A stretch of DNA of 64,000 nucleotides from Nitrospinaceae bacterium (GCA_965223665.1 OZ245011.1:3648001-3712000); one strand, 5' to 3'; shown: positions 1 through 10,373, counted from the first letter of the stretch. Numbers and translations: made by a program. The notes: generated by a model not told the origin, from the letters alone.

Positions 1-162
1 TAAACTCTCTGAGATACAACGTAAGAGCAGAAATCTCTTTCAAAGTAACCCGCCTATGGTGGCAGGTATTAGGGATTATAATATTTAGTTTCGGCATTTA
101 TGGACTTCCGAAATTGACATATTTACCCTCATCTCCCTACCAATAAATCCTATCAATAGCAA

Positions 163-209
163 ATCCATTATCTTGTGTTACTGGAAAATGATACCACTAT
201 ATATTGTAG
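163..209. promoter_or_regulatory. Tandem NrdR-like boxes (pair 1)
   Basis: CCACTATATATTGTAG (194-209) and ACACAAGATAATGGAT (minus strand, 163-178) resemble the acaCwAtATaTwGtgt consensus and are 31 bp apart, the usual NrdR tandem spacing. Confidence 0.6.
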
Positions 210-313
210 GTGTCAATTATTTTATCTACAATTCATAATTTTGACGCTAATTCTAATAAAATCAAATAATTATGGAGAGTAGTAATTATGGGGTATCTAA
301 TTTATGATTGGGA

Positions 314-359
314 ATACAATATATAGGTAAAAACAAAACTGAGTCCCTATATATGGAGA
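314..359. promoter_or_regulatory. Tandem NrdR-like boxes (pair 2)
   Basis: ATACAATATATAGGTA (314-329) and TCCCTATATATGGAGA (344-359), 30 bp apart. Confidence 0.45.
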
Positions 360-488
360 TAAAAGGAGAACCCATAGAGAAATCAAAATATTTTGAAGAT
401 CTTATGGTTTTTTCGGAAAAATGATATTTTTCTTAGAGAATCTCGATTTTAATTGGAGGTAACCTTAGAATATCCAGGTTAAATTGAT

Positions 489-2249
489 TTATGATTCTTC
501 TTTTTCAAAACGGTCTAAACTGGCAGGAATTTCATCCAAAAATCTCTCTGCAATAATATAAATAACATCTGACCCCTGTATTTTTGCAAGATACTGAGGT
601 TTCCCTTGAAATTGTTTTCCTACCTCAATTTGTCCTATTAGCTTTTCTTTATCAAACAAGGATAACGTAAGCTGACCTTCTCCTAACTCCAAATTCAAAT
701 CTCTCGATTTGGGAGGAAATTGGTCCTGATATTCTAAATTGTTAATTGTCCAAAGAATATCTTTTCCTATAAATGGAGCAATAGGATCAATTTCTTTCGG
801 TTTCTTTAAAGCCCAGTCCTTTTTATTTCTTACCAGCTCAAATGTTTTATTGGGATACTTTATCTGAATCCGTGTTACCTGGTTGGTGTCCAATGAGAAA
901 AGGTTTTTATTTTGAAATTCATCTAAAGACCGAAAAATTTTTTTCTTGGCATCTTTTTCCAAAATAAAAACTGCATTGTCCACACTCCGAGATGCATAAT
1001 AATTATGTTTTTGAGAATCGGCATTTCCTAGAAAAAGAGATTGCCGCTTCCCTTTTTTATCAATAAGAGTTAACTCTTTTCTTGGAGTGTGCAACCCAAA
1101 ATTCTTTAATTCTTCTGCTTTAACGAATTCCTTGATGCGGGTTTCTTTTAAATCGAAAAGTAGGTTATTAACGGTTTCTGAGTCACCTTTTTTTTCTGTG
1201 GGATCAAAAAGTGTCCAGAGTTTTGGATCCTCATTATCTCTTTTTATTTGAATGGTATTTATTCCTTGCCTAATACGAATTTCAACCACCTCGTCCTCTT
1301 GAATATTTATTAGGGATTTATCAAAGTAAGTCACGGGTGGTTTAGATAATGCCTCAATAATTTCTTTATTAACGGTGAAAATATTTGCTGCATGTGTGGT
1401 TTGGGCGTAATAAGTATCTTCTTCATCCTTACCACCAATAATTAATTCCCAGGGTTGATCACTTTTCTCGGATTTTACTGAAAACTTTATTGTTGGAATT
1501 TTTAAGCCGAATGGAGTGATATCTTTTGGCTTTTCATCAACAAACTTTTTAACTCTACTCCGTTTCAAGGTATTGAGTAATTGTTCAATAGAATCTCCAT
1601 CACCTTTTCCAGACAATCCTTTCACTAAAGTCCAACTGTTGTTCTTTTTTTCAAATCTTTGAATTTCATTTTTGTATTTGATTTCGAAAGAAGTAACGTC
1701 TGGTGTCTGGTATTTAAAAATGGACCGGTCCCGAAGATCATTAACTGACTTGTCTAACGCTGATTTTTCCAGGTTTGCGAGCAAGACTCTTGGATTTTCG
1801 GAAAGCTTTACATAATATGAATGGCCAATTGGGCTTGCATCTCCAAGCTCCAGGGTCAAAGGTTTATTGGATTTTAATAATAGTTTGATTTTTAAATCAG
1901 GAGAACTTAGGCCATAGTTTGATAATTTATTAGCTTTCTCTTCTATTACTCTGGAAATTTCGCCGGATTCTAAAGTACCTAATAGTTGATCGATTTGCAT
2001 GGGATCAGCAATTAGTTCCAAAGGTTTTTTTATTTCCCAAAGAAATTCATTTACTTTTTTAACCTTGATAGTTAAATCGTTTTTAATGATTTCAATTCCT
2101 TCGATATCATCATGAGAAAAATTAATGACTTTTTTAGCGAGTATTTTTTCTTGGGTTTTTTTTTCCTCTTTTGGTTTTTCTACATAAAAGGTGTAGAAGG
2201 CTAGAGTGGCACAAACCAAAACCAGAACTATTGTTCCTTTAAATTTCAT
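489..2249 (-). CDS. DUF4340 domain-containing protein (three repeats, N-terminal membrane anchor)
   Basis: Repeated W-x-I/L...D...V..LL..L...FGL..P...L.LG...YYA units; ATG at 2249 overlaps the gldG-like stop (ATGA); usual position after gldG. Confidence 0.75.
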   Translation of the reverse strand: MKFKGTIVLVLVCATLAFYTFYVEKPKEEKKTQEKILAKKVINFSHDDIEGIEIIKNDLTIKVKKVNEFLWEIKKPLELIADPMQIDQLLGTLESGEISRVIEEKANKLSNYGLSSPDLKIKLLLKSNKPLTLELGDASPIGHSYYVKLSENPRVLLANLEKSALDKSVNDLRDRSIFKYQTPDVTSFEIKYKNEIQRFEKKNNSWTLVKGLSGKGDGDSIEQLLNTLKRSRVKKFVDEKPKDITPFGLKIPTIKFSVKSEKSDQPWELIIGGKDEEDTYYAQTTHAANIFTVNKEIIEALSKPPVTYFDKSLINIQEDEVVEIRIRQGINTIQIKRDNEDPKLWTLFDPTEKKGDSETVNNLLFDLKETRIKEFVKAEELKNFGLHTPRKELTLIDKKGKRQSLFLGNADSQKHNYYASRSVDNAVFILEKDAKKKIFRSLDEFQNKNLFSLDTNQVTRIQIKYPNKTFELVRNKKDWALKKPKEIDPIAPFIGKDILWTINNLEYQDQFPPKSRDLNLELGEGQLTLSLFDKEKLIGQIEVGKQFQGKPQYLAKIQGSDVIYIIAERFLDEIPASLDRFEKEES

Positions 2250-3841
2250 AGAGAACGTCTTCTCCACCATACACTGACACCCATTAAAGTCACGGCCATT
2301 GGAATTAGAATAGTACCAACGACGAATGCAAGGTTGCCTTGGGTAGCGGTTAGGGCAAGGGGACTATTTTTTCGTTTGCGGGGACGGATAGAAATTAAAT
2401 TTTCTTCTTGCAAAAGCCAGGAAGCCGAATTTAGAAAAAAGTCACCGTTACCAGAAAAACTGAAATAATTATTACTTGCAAAGTCTGAGTCACCAATTAC
2501 TACCAGGTTTGCTTTTAATCCAGCTTTTACTGGTTCATTTTGGTTGGGTGGATGGCTTGATTGATTTGCAATTGAATTTGAGGATTGAGTGCCAGGTTCT
2601 GCTTTTTGCGCATTTAAATTTTTGGTGATTGCAACTGCTACGGAAACAGGGCCCTTAAGATCCACATTAGGATTGTAGCGTGCTTTACCTGAAGAAATAT
2701 CAGTTTCCGCCCAACTCTCCGGTCCCGAAAATAATACTTCACTGGATTCCAATCCTTCAGTAGTAATAGCTTTTACGGATCGAAGTAAAGGAAAGATAGT
2801 GGGTAATGAAAAATCCTTGGTAATTCCATGGGGGCTGTATTGACTAACCACTGGAGCTGCATAGTCACCACCATATAATTTTGACATGGGGTCGATAATC
2901 AAATCGTTTTGTACTTCTACTCCCCATTTTTCCAGAAACGCCGTCCATCCATTATCAACTTGAGGATCTGCAAGTATTAAAACTGAGCCGCCTCCGTTTA
3001 AATAGTGATCAATGGCTTCAAGCTCCAGTTTTTGTATGGGTTTAGTTGGGCCACTGATTACTAATAAATCTGCGTCCTTAGGTACTTCTCCAGTTTTTAA
3101 TAGAAGAAGAGTTTTTATTTGAAAATTATCTTTTTCCAGAGACTCTTTAACCTTAGAGTATCCATTCTTTTCTTTGTCATGTATATTTTTTTCACCATGC
3201 CCTTTAAGGAAGTAGATAACTTTTTGTTGATCCTGCGTAACTTTAAGAAGAGCATTAGTTACATTTTCTTCTGTAGCTTTTGTTACTTTTGTTTCTTGTT
3301 TGCCGCTTTCAAAAACTACAGTTCCATAAGTGGTTACTCCATATTGTTTAGTGATTGCAGGATTTTTATCAGGATCTACAAACTCTAATTTAATTTTCTC
3401 AGTAAAGTTTTTATACCCATCCATCAATCTTTGAAATTCGTTACGAGTCCCATCATCGGTTTGATAAAAAGCGGTAAGCTTGACCTCTCGTGCTAAATTA
3501 GAAACTACCTTTTGGGTTTGAGGAGCCAGCGTATAAAACTTAGTTTCGGTAAGATCAATTCGGTGTTTATGTTTTAAAAATTGAACATTAAGAAAAATCA
3601 AAATTCCTAAAACTGCAAAAATTATTATGGCAGAGTTGGTTCCATAAAGTGTAGTTCGTGATTTTAAGGAGCTTTTTACTTCTTTACGGTCCAAGTATAA
3701 AAAGAACAATCCATTGGCTAAAGCGATTCCTAATAATGTATAAGTCGCCAAAGTTAGTTGGGGAGCAATGAGATACAATAATAACCCGACAAAACCACAA
3801 GCAAGCGCAATCCAACCGGCATAAGGGGCAAATTGTTTCAT
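2246..3841 (-). CDS. GldG-family ABC transporter auxiliary component (ABC_transp_aux)
   Basis: RIDLTETKFYTL, FVDPDKNP, YFLKGHGE, VIGDSDFASN and NGDFFLNSASWL motifs; N- and C-terminal TM helices. Confidence 0.85.
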   Translation of the reverse strand: MKQFAPYAGWIALACGFVGLLLYLIAPQLTLATYTLLGIALANGLFFLYLDRKEVKSSLKSRTTLYGTNSAIIIFAVLGILIFLNVQFLKHKHRIDLTETKFYTLAPQTQKVVSNLAREVKLTAFYQTDDGTRNEFQRLMDGYKNFTEKIKLEFVDPDKNPAITKQYGVTTYGTVVFESGKQETKVTKATEENVTNALLKVTQDQQKVIYFLKGHGEKNIHDKEKNGYSKVKESLEKDNFQIKTLLLLKTGEVPKDADLLVISGPTKPIQKLELEAIDHYLNGGGSVLILADPQVDNGWTAFLEKWGVEVQNDLIIDPMSKLYGGDYAAPVVSQYSPHGITKDFSLPTIFPLLRSVKAITTEGLESSEVLFSGPESWAETDISSGKARYNPNVDLKGPVSVAVAITKNLNAQKAEPGTQSSNSIANQSSHPPNQNEPVKAGLKANLVVIGDSDFASNNYFSFSGNGDFFLNSASWLLQEENLISIRPRKRKNSPLALTATQGNLAFVVGTILIPMAVTLMGVSVWWRRRSL

Positions 3842-3845
3842 TTAA

Positions 3846-4613
3846 TCACCTCCACCGCCTCGATTCTAAAACCCGATGGGTTAAAAAAAGGCCAAAGAAA
3901 ATAAAAGAAACATAATAGACCAGGTCGCTGGTATCGATGACACCTTTGAGAAATGATTCCAAATGACCAATCAAGGCGAGGTATTGTAAAACTTGGCCTG
4001 CTTCGGGTCCTGCTGCTTGTGCGGCCCATCCTATAATCCACATCAATAGAGCAAATCCAAAACTTATTACAGCTGCAATGATTTGATTATCCGTAAGTGA
4101 AGAGGCGAAAATTCCCATAGAAATATAACATCCACACATAAGAAGTAAGCCGAAGTATCCGGTCAGAATCGGGCCTATTTCCGGTTGACCTAAAGCAACA
4201 ATTAATAAAACAGAATATGCAGATAACAAAAGCATGACCCCCACTACTGCAAGACAAGCTAAAAATTTTCCTAAAATAATTTGTCTTAAATGGACAGGAG
4301 AAGATAACAATAATGGAAGGGTCTTGGTTTTCTTCTCTTCGGCAAAAGTTTTCATAGTAATTATGGGAATAATGAATAACAAAACTACCGCCATATTAGA
4401 AAGAGAAGGCTCGATAACAATTTCATTTACATTTAGACTTATTCCCATTCGTTCCAATTGCGAGGACTGAAAGCTTTGCATACTGAAAAAATTCAAAATG
4501 CTAAAGAACATGAAGCTGAATATTAAAAGAAAAACCGTAGTGACTACATAAAAAATGGGAGAATAAAAATAGGAGCCCATTTCTCTTTTTGTAATCAACC
4601 AAATGGCTCTCAT
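3846..4613 (-). CDS. ABC-2 permease, GldF-like
   Basis: KREMGSYFYSP, TMKTFAEEKKTKTLPLLLSSP; about 6 TM helices. Confidence 0.85.
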   Translation of the reverse strand: MRAIWLITKREMGSYFYSPIFYVVTTVFLLIFSFMFFSILNFFSMQSFQSSQLERMGISLNVNEIVIEPSLSNMAVVLLFIIPIITMKTFAEEKKTKTLPLLLSSPVHLRQIILGKFLACLAVVGVMLLLSAYSVLLIVALGQPEIGPILTGYFGLLLMCGCYISMGIFASSLTDNQIIAAVISFGFALLMWIIGWAAQAAGPEAGQVLQYLALIGHLESFLKGVIDTSDLVYYVSFIFFGLFLTHRVLESRRWR

Positions 4614-5545
4614 TCGCTGACTCCGGTTTCCTCTGTGGTTAATTTTAAGAAAATATCTTCCAAAGTTAATGCAAGAGGTTTCAGTTCAACCAATCCCCAT
4701 TTATTATCTAAGACGACGCGCGCGACTTCATCCTGTAAAGAGATATTTGGGGCACTTTCTATTAAGAATTGTCCTGAAGTTTCTGAGTGTACCGAAATTA
4801 CTTTTTCTATATTTCGAAGATTTTGTTCAACTTCATTAGAGGGGTTTAAAACTTTCAGCTGCAGTCTCGTATTTTTTTTCAGCGATGCCGTAAGACCCTC
4901 TAGAGTATCCATGGCAGCAATTTCACCCTCATTAATGATAATTACTCTCTCACAGATTTGCGTAACCTCTGGAAGAATATGGGAACTTAAAATAATAGTG
5001 TGGGAGGATGCCAATTCTCGAATCAATTTTCTAATTTCAATAATCTGGATGGGATCCAGCCCAATAGTGGGTTCATCCAAAATTAAAATTTCAGGGTCAT
5101 GGATCATAGCCTGGGCTAACCCTACCCGCTGCTGATATCCTTTGGAAAGACGTCCGATAATTCTTTTGCGGACATCTTCCAGTTTGCATTTTTCTATAAC
5201 TCGACCGACTGCTTGTGAAACTTTTGATTTAGGAACATTTCGAATACCTGCAGAAAACTCTAAAAAATCTTCCACCACCATGTCCTGGTAAAGAGGTGGA
5301 GTTTCAGGAAGATAGCCGATTATCTTTCTGATATTAAGGGATTGATCAAAAATATCGAATCCGCAGACTCGTGCAGTTCCGCTACTGGCAGGCAAAATGC
5401 AGGTGAGAATATTCATTGTGGTGGTTTTACCCGCACCATTTGGGCCTAGAAAGCCAACCACTTCCCCTTTATTTACTTTAAATGTCAGTCCTTTAATAGC
5501 AGACCGGGGCCCGTAGGACTTACTTAATTTCTCAACCTCGATCAT
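4610..5545 (-). CDS. ABC transporter ATP-binding protein, GldA-like
   Basis: Walker A GPNGAGKT, signature LSKGYQQRV, Walker B ILILDEP. Confidence 0.9.
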   Translation of the reverse strand: MIEVEKLSKSYGPRSAIKGLTFKVNKGEVVGFLGPNGAGKTTTMNILTCILPASSGTARVCGFDIFDQSLNIRKIIGYLPETPPLYQDMVVEDFLEFSAGIRNVPKSKVSQAVGRVIEKCKLEDVRKRIIGRLSKGYQQRVGLAQAMIHDPEILILDEPTIGLDPIQIIEIRKLIRELASSHTIILSSHILPEVTQICERVIIINEGEIAAMDTLEGLTASLKKNTRLQLKVLNPSNEVEQNLRNIEKVISVHSETSGQFLIESAPNISLQDEVARVVLDNKWGLVELKPLALTLEDIFLKLTTEETGVSE

Positions 5546-5666
5546 AGTTTGGAACGTTTAAATAAGGAAGGATATCGATTAATTACCGTATATATAGTTT
5601 TTAACAAAGATCATTTTAACAATAAAAAATTATCATAAACCAAAATGGCTTTCCATTAAAATTTTT

Positions 5667-6719
5667 TTAATTTCTAAAAACATTTTTAATTCTGATTTTT
5701 TTTCCATTTTGCTGTGCTGATTCATATATTGCACAAATAAGCTGGAGTGCTTTAAACCCATCTACACCGGTGGACTGACTTTGCCTCTTATTTTGTATGG
5801 ATTTGACCATGTCTCGAGCTGCCATTTCGAATGGACTTTTATTTTGTTTTACTTTAGGGAATTCTACGCGTTCCAATTCTCGAAAACCGGAAAAGCGTTT
5901 ACTTTTCCGGGTTACATACAATTCCCTTCCCTGATTTCCAATTAATAGCCGTCCTTCGGTTCCCTGGATGTCTAGTTCAAAGTTAAAGTATTTTCGATTG
6001 CCTCCTCCTTCAATAAATCCAGTTGCACCATTTTCAAATTTAATCATTCCTGAAGCAGTTTCTTCAATATACTTTTTGCCATTAGGTCTTTCTTCATTTC
6101 CTATTACCCATTTTGCGGATCCTCCAAAAAATAATAATAAGTCAGTAAGGTGAGTTCCATCATGAAAAAGTCCTCCACCTCCATATTTTTTGACAGGCAA
6201 TTTTGAAGGTTTTCCTGAGAGAGCATTTCCAATAATTGTTTTTACCTCGCCAATTTTTCCTTTTTGGATTATATTTCTGGCTAATAGGTGATATGGCTCC
6301 CATCGGCGCTCATGGTTAATACTTAAAATGATCTTTTTTTGTTTGCAAAGGCTGACCATTTGTTTTGCTTGATCTAAATTTAAGGCAATAGGTTTTTCAC
6401 AAAAGATTCCTTTCACTCCAGCTTTTACCGCAGCCAAAACCATAGAATGATGAAGTTCAGTCCATGTGGCAATACAGATAATGTCTAGAGATTCATTAGC
6501 AAGCATGGAGTTTAAGTTGCCGTAAAGGTGTTTTACATTCCATTGGTCGCCGAAAGCCCTAAGCCTTTCTTGATCAATATCGCAACCAGCAACTAATTTC
6601 ACAGAAGAGACATGAGCAAATCCTCCTGCATGGGTGCAGGGTTTTGCCCTAAGGGGATCTTGCTCTAATAAGCTACCAATACGTCCACAACCCGCAATTC
6701 CGACTTTGAGTTTCTTCAT
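5667..6719 (-). CDS. Gfo/Idh/MocA family oxidoreductase
   Basis: GIAGCGRIG Rossmann motif, CEKP, HDGTH. Confidence 0.9.
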   Translation of the reverse strand: MKKLKVGIAGCGRIGSLLEQDPLRAKPCTHAGGFAHVSSVKLVAGCDIDQERLRAFGDQWNVKHLYGNLNSMLANESLDIICIATWTELHHSMVLAAVKAGVKGIFCEKPIALNLDQAKQMVSLCKQKKIILSINHERRWEPYHLLARNIIQKGKIGEVKTIIGNALSGKPSKLPVKKYGGGGLFHDGTHLTDLLLFFGGSAKWVIGNEERPNGKKYIEETASGMIKFENGATGFIEGGGNRKYFNFELDIQGTEGRLLIGNQGRELYVTRKSKRFSGFRELERVEFPKVKQNKSPFEMAARDMVKSIQNKRQSQSTGVDGFKALQLICAIYESAQQNGKKIRIKNVFRN

Positions 6720-6776
6720 ATGATAGGGAAACCCCAGAGAATAAAATTAAAATAAAGTATAGCACTTGAAAAACTT

Positions 6777-6811
6777 AAAAAAAAAGCGCTCCTTGGGAGG
6801 AAGGAGCGCTT
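6777..6811 (-). terminator. Rho-independent terminator after flaG
   Basis: 11-bp stem AAGCGCTCCTT/AAGGAGCGCTT followed by a U-tract on the minus strand. Confidence 0.85.
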
Positions 6812-6869
6812 AGAGCTGATCTTTAATAAGATCTGAGGAAATGGCCAGTTCGAATCATTGTTGGCCAAA

Positions 6870-7253
6870 CTAAATATTTGTGTCTATTGTATTCGAGCGG
6901 TGTTGCCCAATAACTTTTGAAAGTCTTTCTGCATTTTCACCGGGTAATTGACGAATTTCTTTATTGGTATCGATATCAATAACTTTTATGACACCTTTTC
7001 TTGATTGCTGATCAATTTCATAAACTATTTTTTGATTATTAATTCCTGCCTTTTGTTCTGTACGGTAAGTTAACCCCAAGTTGTTTTCCTTGTCGGAGGA
7101 TCGAAGTTCAACAATGTCTTCTTGAAGACTTTGAAGAACACTCTTATTTATATTTTGAGAGTTGAGGTTTTGCGAATCCTCTAACTTTTTAACCGGGAGT
7201 GCTTTGGAAAATATTCCCAGGCTGAGTTTGTCGGGAATATGGGTTGAAAACAT
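6870..7253 (-). CDS. flaG: FlaG family flagellar protein
   Basis: C-terminal YEIDQQSRKGVIKVIDIDTNKEIRQLPGE; lies directly downstream of flagellins. Confidence 0.75.
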   Translation of the reverse strand: MFSTHIPDKLSLGIFSKALPVKKLEDSQNLNSQNINKSVLQSLQEDIVELRSSDKENNLGLTYRTEQKAGINNQKIVYEIDQQSRKGVIKVIDIDTNKEIRQLPGENAERLSKVIGQHRSNTIDTNI

Positions 7254-7293
7254 TTCTTAATCTCCTAAATTCAAAATATAAGGTTTAAATAAT

Positions 7294-8148
7294 TTAACCG
7301 CCCAATAAAGTTAATACCGATTGTGGTGTTAAATTAGATTGACTTACCATTGCAGCACCGCTTTGAACCAAGATTTGATTTTTAGTTAAATCTGTTATTT
7401 CTTCTGCTAAGTCTGCGTCGCGGATAGTTGATTCTGCTGCCGTTAAATTTTCAATTGAAATATTCAAGTTATTCAGTGCTCGAACTAATCCTTGTTGAGC
7501 AGCACCCACCCTTGCTCGAACTGAAATTAACTCTTCAATGGCCATTGAAAGATTTTCCATAGCATTTAGGGCACCTGAAACTGTTGAAATGGAATCAGAG
7601 CCATAACCTAATTGCGAAGCAGTTGTTGGCGTTAAATCTAACTCTTGGTTTAAATTGATTCGGTTATCATTTGCTGAACTGGTTCCAACCTGAAGAACAA
7701 TTTGTTCAGGTGCATTAGCTGCTAAAGAACCATTAAGTAGCTTCTGTCCATTGAACTCTGTAGTTCTTGCAATTCGATCGAACTCGGTCCTTAAAGATGT
7801 GAATTCAAGATTGATAGTTTCTCTTTCAACTTGGCCAATGGTTCCGGTGGCTGCTTGAGAGGCCAACTCCCGAAGCCGAATCATGATTGCCCCTTGTTCA
7901 CCCATGGCTCCTTCGGCAGCGTTGATCATAGAAATTCCGTCATTCAGGTTGCGGGCACCTTGTCTAAGAGTACGGGTATCTGCGCGGAGAGATTCTGTAA
8001 TAGCTAGCCCGGCGGCATCATCTGCGGCTTTTTGAATACGAATTCCCGAAGCAACTCGGGAAATAGAGTTGCCCAGCCTTTGATTATTTAGATCTAACAC
8101 TCTTTGAGAATTGAGTGAAGATAGGTTAGTGAAAATTCTTAATGCCAT
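7294..8148 (-). CDS. fliC: Flagellin (divergent paralog, 284 aa)
   Basis: SGIRIQKAADDAAGLAI N-terminal and IRDADLAEE...QIL C-terminal flagellin motifs. Confidence 0.95.
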   Translation of the reverse strand: MALRIFTNLSSLNSQRVLDLNNQRLGNSISRVASGIRIQKAADDAAGLAITESLRADTRTLRQGARNLNDGISMINAAEGAMGEQGAIMIRLRELASQAATGTIGQVERETINLEFTSLRTEFDRIARTTEFNGQKLLNGSLAANAPEQIVLQVGTSSANDNRINLNQELDLTPTTASQLGYGSDSISTVSGALNAMENLSMAIEELISVRARVGAAQQGLVRALNNLNISIENLTAAESTIRDADLAEEITDLTKNQILVQSGAAMVSQSNLTPQSVLTLLGG

Positions 8149-8201
8149 ACGACTTTTCCTCCTTGAATCAGGAATTAGATCGAAAAAGTATTACGATCTT
8201 G

Positions 8202-8219
8202 TTTAGCATCCTTGCTAAA
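8202..8219 (-). promoter_or_regulatory. Putative CsrA/RsmA-binding hairpin in flagellin leader
   Basis: UUUAGC-AAGGAU-GCUAAA with GGA in the loop; a second GGA overlaps the RBS. Confidence 0.65.
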
Positions 8220-8246
8220 TTCCTGCGCGTGTATGCGCTTCGTCGT

Positions 8247-9119
8247 TTACTGTAGTAATTGCAACACGGTTTGTGGAATCAAGTTAGCCTGTCCCACCAT
8301 AGCGGTTGCTGCTTCAACTAAAATTTGATTTCGTGTCAATAATGCTACTTCTTCAGCGATATCTGCATCCCTAATGGCAGATTCAGCGGCTGAAAGATTT
8401 TCAACAGAAATTGAAAGATTTGCAATGGTGCGGACCAATCTATTTTGAACCGCCCCAACTTTACCTCTTCCTTGAGTAACTACGCCAATAGCAGAATTCA
8501 TAGAGTCCAGCGCTGTCAAAGCTGCGGCTGCAGTGGTGACTGCGAGATTAACAATTCCTAATGATGATGCAGTTACTGCTTGTAAATTTACTTCAGAATT
8601 TAGATCAATGCGACTGTCTTGAGAACTGTCGATACCAATTTGGATTAATATTCGGTCACCGCCATTTGAGTTTAAACCGCCTGGTCCTGAACCCAATGAG
8701 CCATCAACCAATTTTTGACCATTAAACTCAGTAGTATTGGCAATTCGGTCAATTTCTGTCCGCAGCGCATCAAACTCCAGTTGGATTGTGGCCCGTTCTG
8801 TAGATCCAACGGTACCAGTTGCCGCTTGCGAAGCCAGCTCACGTAGTCGGATTAAAATTCCCGATTGCTCGTTCAGGGCTCCTTCAGCAACATTGATCAG
8901 AGAAATACCATCGTTGGCATTTCGGATGGCTTGCCTAAGCGCCCGTATATCTGAGCGCAACGATTCAGAAATGGCTAAACCAGCTGCATCGTCTGCACCT
9001 CGATTAATCCTAATACCAGACGCAATCCGTTCAACGGATTGGGCCAGTCGGTCATTATTGATACCTAGGATTCTTTGCGCGTTAAGCGAAGGTATGTTAT
9101 TGAAGATTCTAATTGGCAT
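8247..9119 (-). CDS. fliC: Flagellin (290 aa)
   Basis: SGIRINRGADDAAGLAISE; IRDADIAEE. Confidence 0.95.
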   Translation of the reverse strand: MPIRIFNNIPSLNAQRILGINNDRLAQSVERIASGIRINRGADDAAGLAISESLRSDIRALRQAIRNANDGISLINVAEGALNEQSGILIRLRELASQAATGTVGSTERATIQLEFDALRTEIDRIANTTEFNGQKLVDGSLGSGPGGLNSNGGDRILIQIGIDSSQDSRIDLNSEVNLQAVTASSLGIVNLAVTTAAAALTALDSMNSAIGVVTQGRGKVGAVQNRLVRTIANLSISVENLSAAESAIRDADIAEEVALLTRNQILVEAATAMVGQANLIPQTVLQLLQ

Positions 9120-9122
9120 TAC

Positions 9123-9181
9123 TTATCCTCCGTGATAATTGAAAAGAATCATCTTTTCTTTATTTCAGCTTCCCTGCTGAA
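9123..9181 (-). promoter_or_regulatory. Two putative CsrA-binding hairpins
   Basis: UUCAGC-AGGGAA-GCUGAA (9164-9181) and UUAUC-ACGGAG-GAUAA (9123-9138, covering the RBS). Confidence 0.65.
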
Positions 9182-9279
9182 CATTTCCCTAAACAAGAAC
9201 TAGGCTGCTCTTTTTAGGATTTTAACAAAAACCAGATTTGCTAATAGGTTAGCGAATCCCGTTGTTGTTCATGGTATCT

Positions 9280-9307
9280 CTATCGGGATTTAAAAAATTT
9301 TCCTTTA
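9280..9307 (-). promoter_or_regulatory. Sigma28 (FliA) promoter
   Basis: TAAA-N16-CCCGATAG upstream of flagellin. Confidence 0.6.
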
Positions 9308-9515
9308 CAACTTTTTTTATTTTTGGGTATTTTTATTGAGAATAATGGAAGGAATTGGGATGAAGCGAAAGTAGCTTTTGGGAATCTTAGGTTAAATTAA
9401 AGGAAGAAAAACTCTAAAGAAGTTACTCCGGAAAGTAACCTAACTTGAATAAGATTAAATTACTTCCGGAGTATATTATTTCCTTCCTTACTGAAAACCA
9501 GAATAAAATTTTGGT

Positions 9516-10373
9516 TTATCCGAGTAATGAAAGCACTGATTGTGGGATTAAGTTAGCTTGTCCCGCCATAGAAACCGAAGATTCTACCAAGATTTGGTTT
9601 CGGGTTAATAAGGCAACTTCCTCAGCAATGTCCGCGTCACGAATCGCTGATTCTGCAGCCTGTAAGTTCTCAACTGAAATTCCCAAGTTGGAAACGGTCC
9701 GTACCAATCGGTTCTGTGCGGCACCGATTTTACCTCGACCTTGAGTTACAACTGATATTGCGGAGTTGATGGAATCCAACGCCGTTAATGCAGCTGCAGC
9801 AGAGGTAACTGAAAGTGTATCAATGCCTAGAGAAGTTTGGGTGATTGATTGAAGATTCACCTCGGTATTGAGATTAATACGGCTATTTGCAGTACTATCG
9901 ATACCGACTTGAATCAAAATATGGTTAGCTGCAGATGCAGTGGATGCTAAAGATCCATCAACCAATTTTTGACCATTAAACTCGGTAGTGTTTGCAATAC
10001 GATCGATTTCATTTCTCAAAGCTGAGAATTCTAATTGAATCGTTTGACGTTCAGTAGAACCAACGGTACCTGTTGCTGCTTGAGAAGCTAGTTCTCTTAA
10101 ACGAATAAGAATACCTGCTTGCTCGTTAAGTGCTCCTTCAGTAACATTGATTAATGAAATACCGTCATTTGCGTTTCGAACCGCTTGACGAAGTGCTCGA
10201 ATGTCTGACCGCAAACCTTCAGAAATTGCCAAGCCTGCTGCATCATCTGCACCGCGGTTAATTCTGATACCAGAAGCAATCCGTTCAACGGATTTTGCTA
10301 GCCGGTCATTGTTAATGCCCAATAGTCTTTGAGCATTAAGCGAGGGAATGTTATTAAAGATTCGAACTGGCAT
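9516..10373 (-). CDS. fliC: Flagellin (285 aa)
   Basis: Flagellin N- and C-terminal motifs. Confidence 0.95.
   Translation of the reverse strand: MPVRIFNNIPSLNAQRLLGINNDRLAKSVERIASGIRINRGADDAAGLAISEGLRSDIRALRQAVRNANDGISLINVTEGALNEQAGILIRLRELASQAATGTVGSTERQTIQLEFSALRNEIDRIANTTEFNGQKLVDGSLASTASAANHILIQVGIDSTANSRINLNTEVNLQSITQTSLGIDTLSVTSAAAALTALDSINSAISVVTQGRGKIGAAQNRLVRTVSNLGISVENLQAAESAIRDADIAEEVALLTRNQILVESSVSMAGQANLIPQSVLSLLG

Noticed and set aside
1-97. Partial minus-strand ORF MPKLNIIIPNTCHHRR...
   Set aside because: No convincing RBS or recognisable similarity; may simply be leader RNA
9424-9473. Inverted repeats after flagellins (here and at about 10798-10845) as MITEs or REP elements
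   Set aside because: Not similar to each other in sequence and not repeated elsewhere; consistent with 3' stability or terminator hairpins
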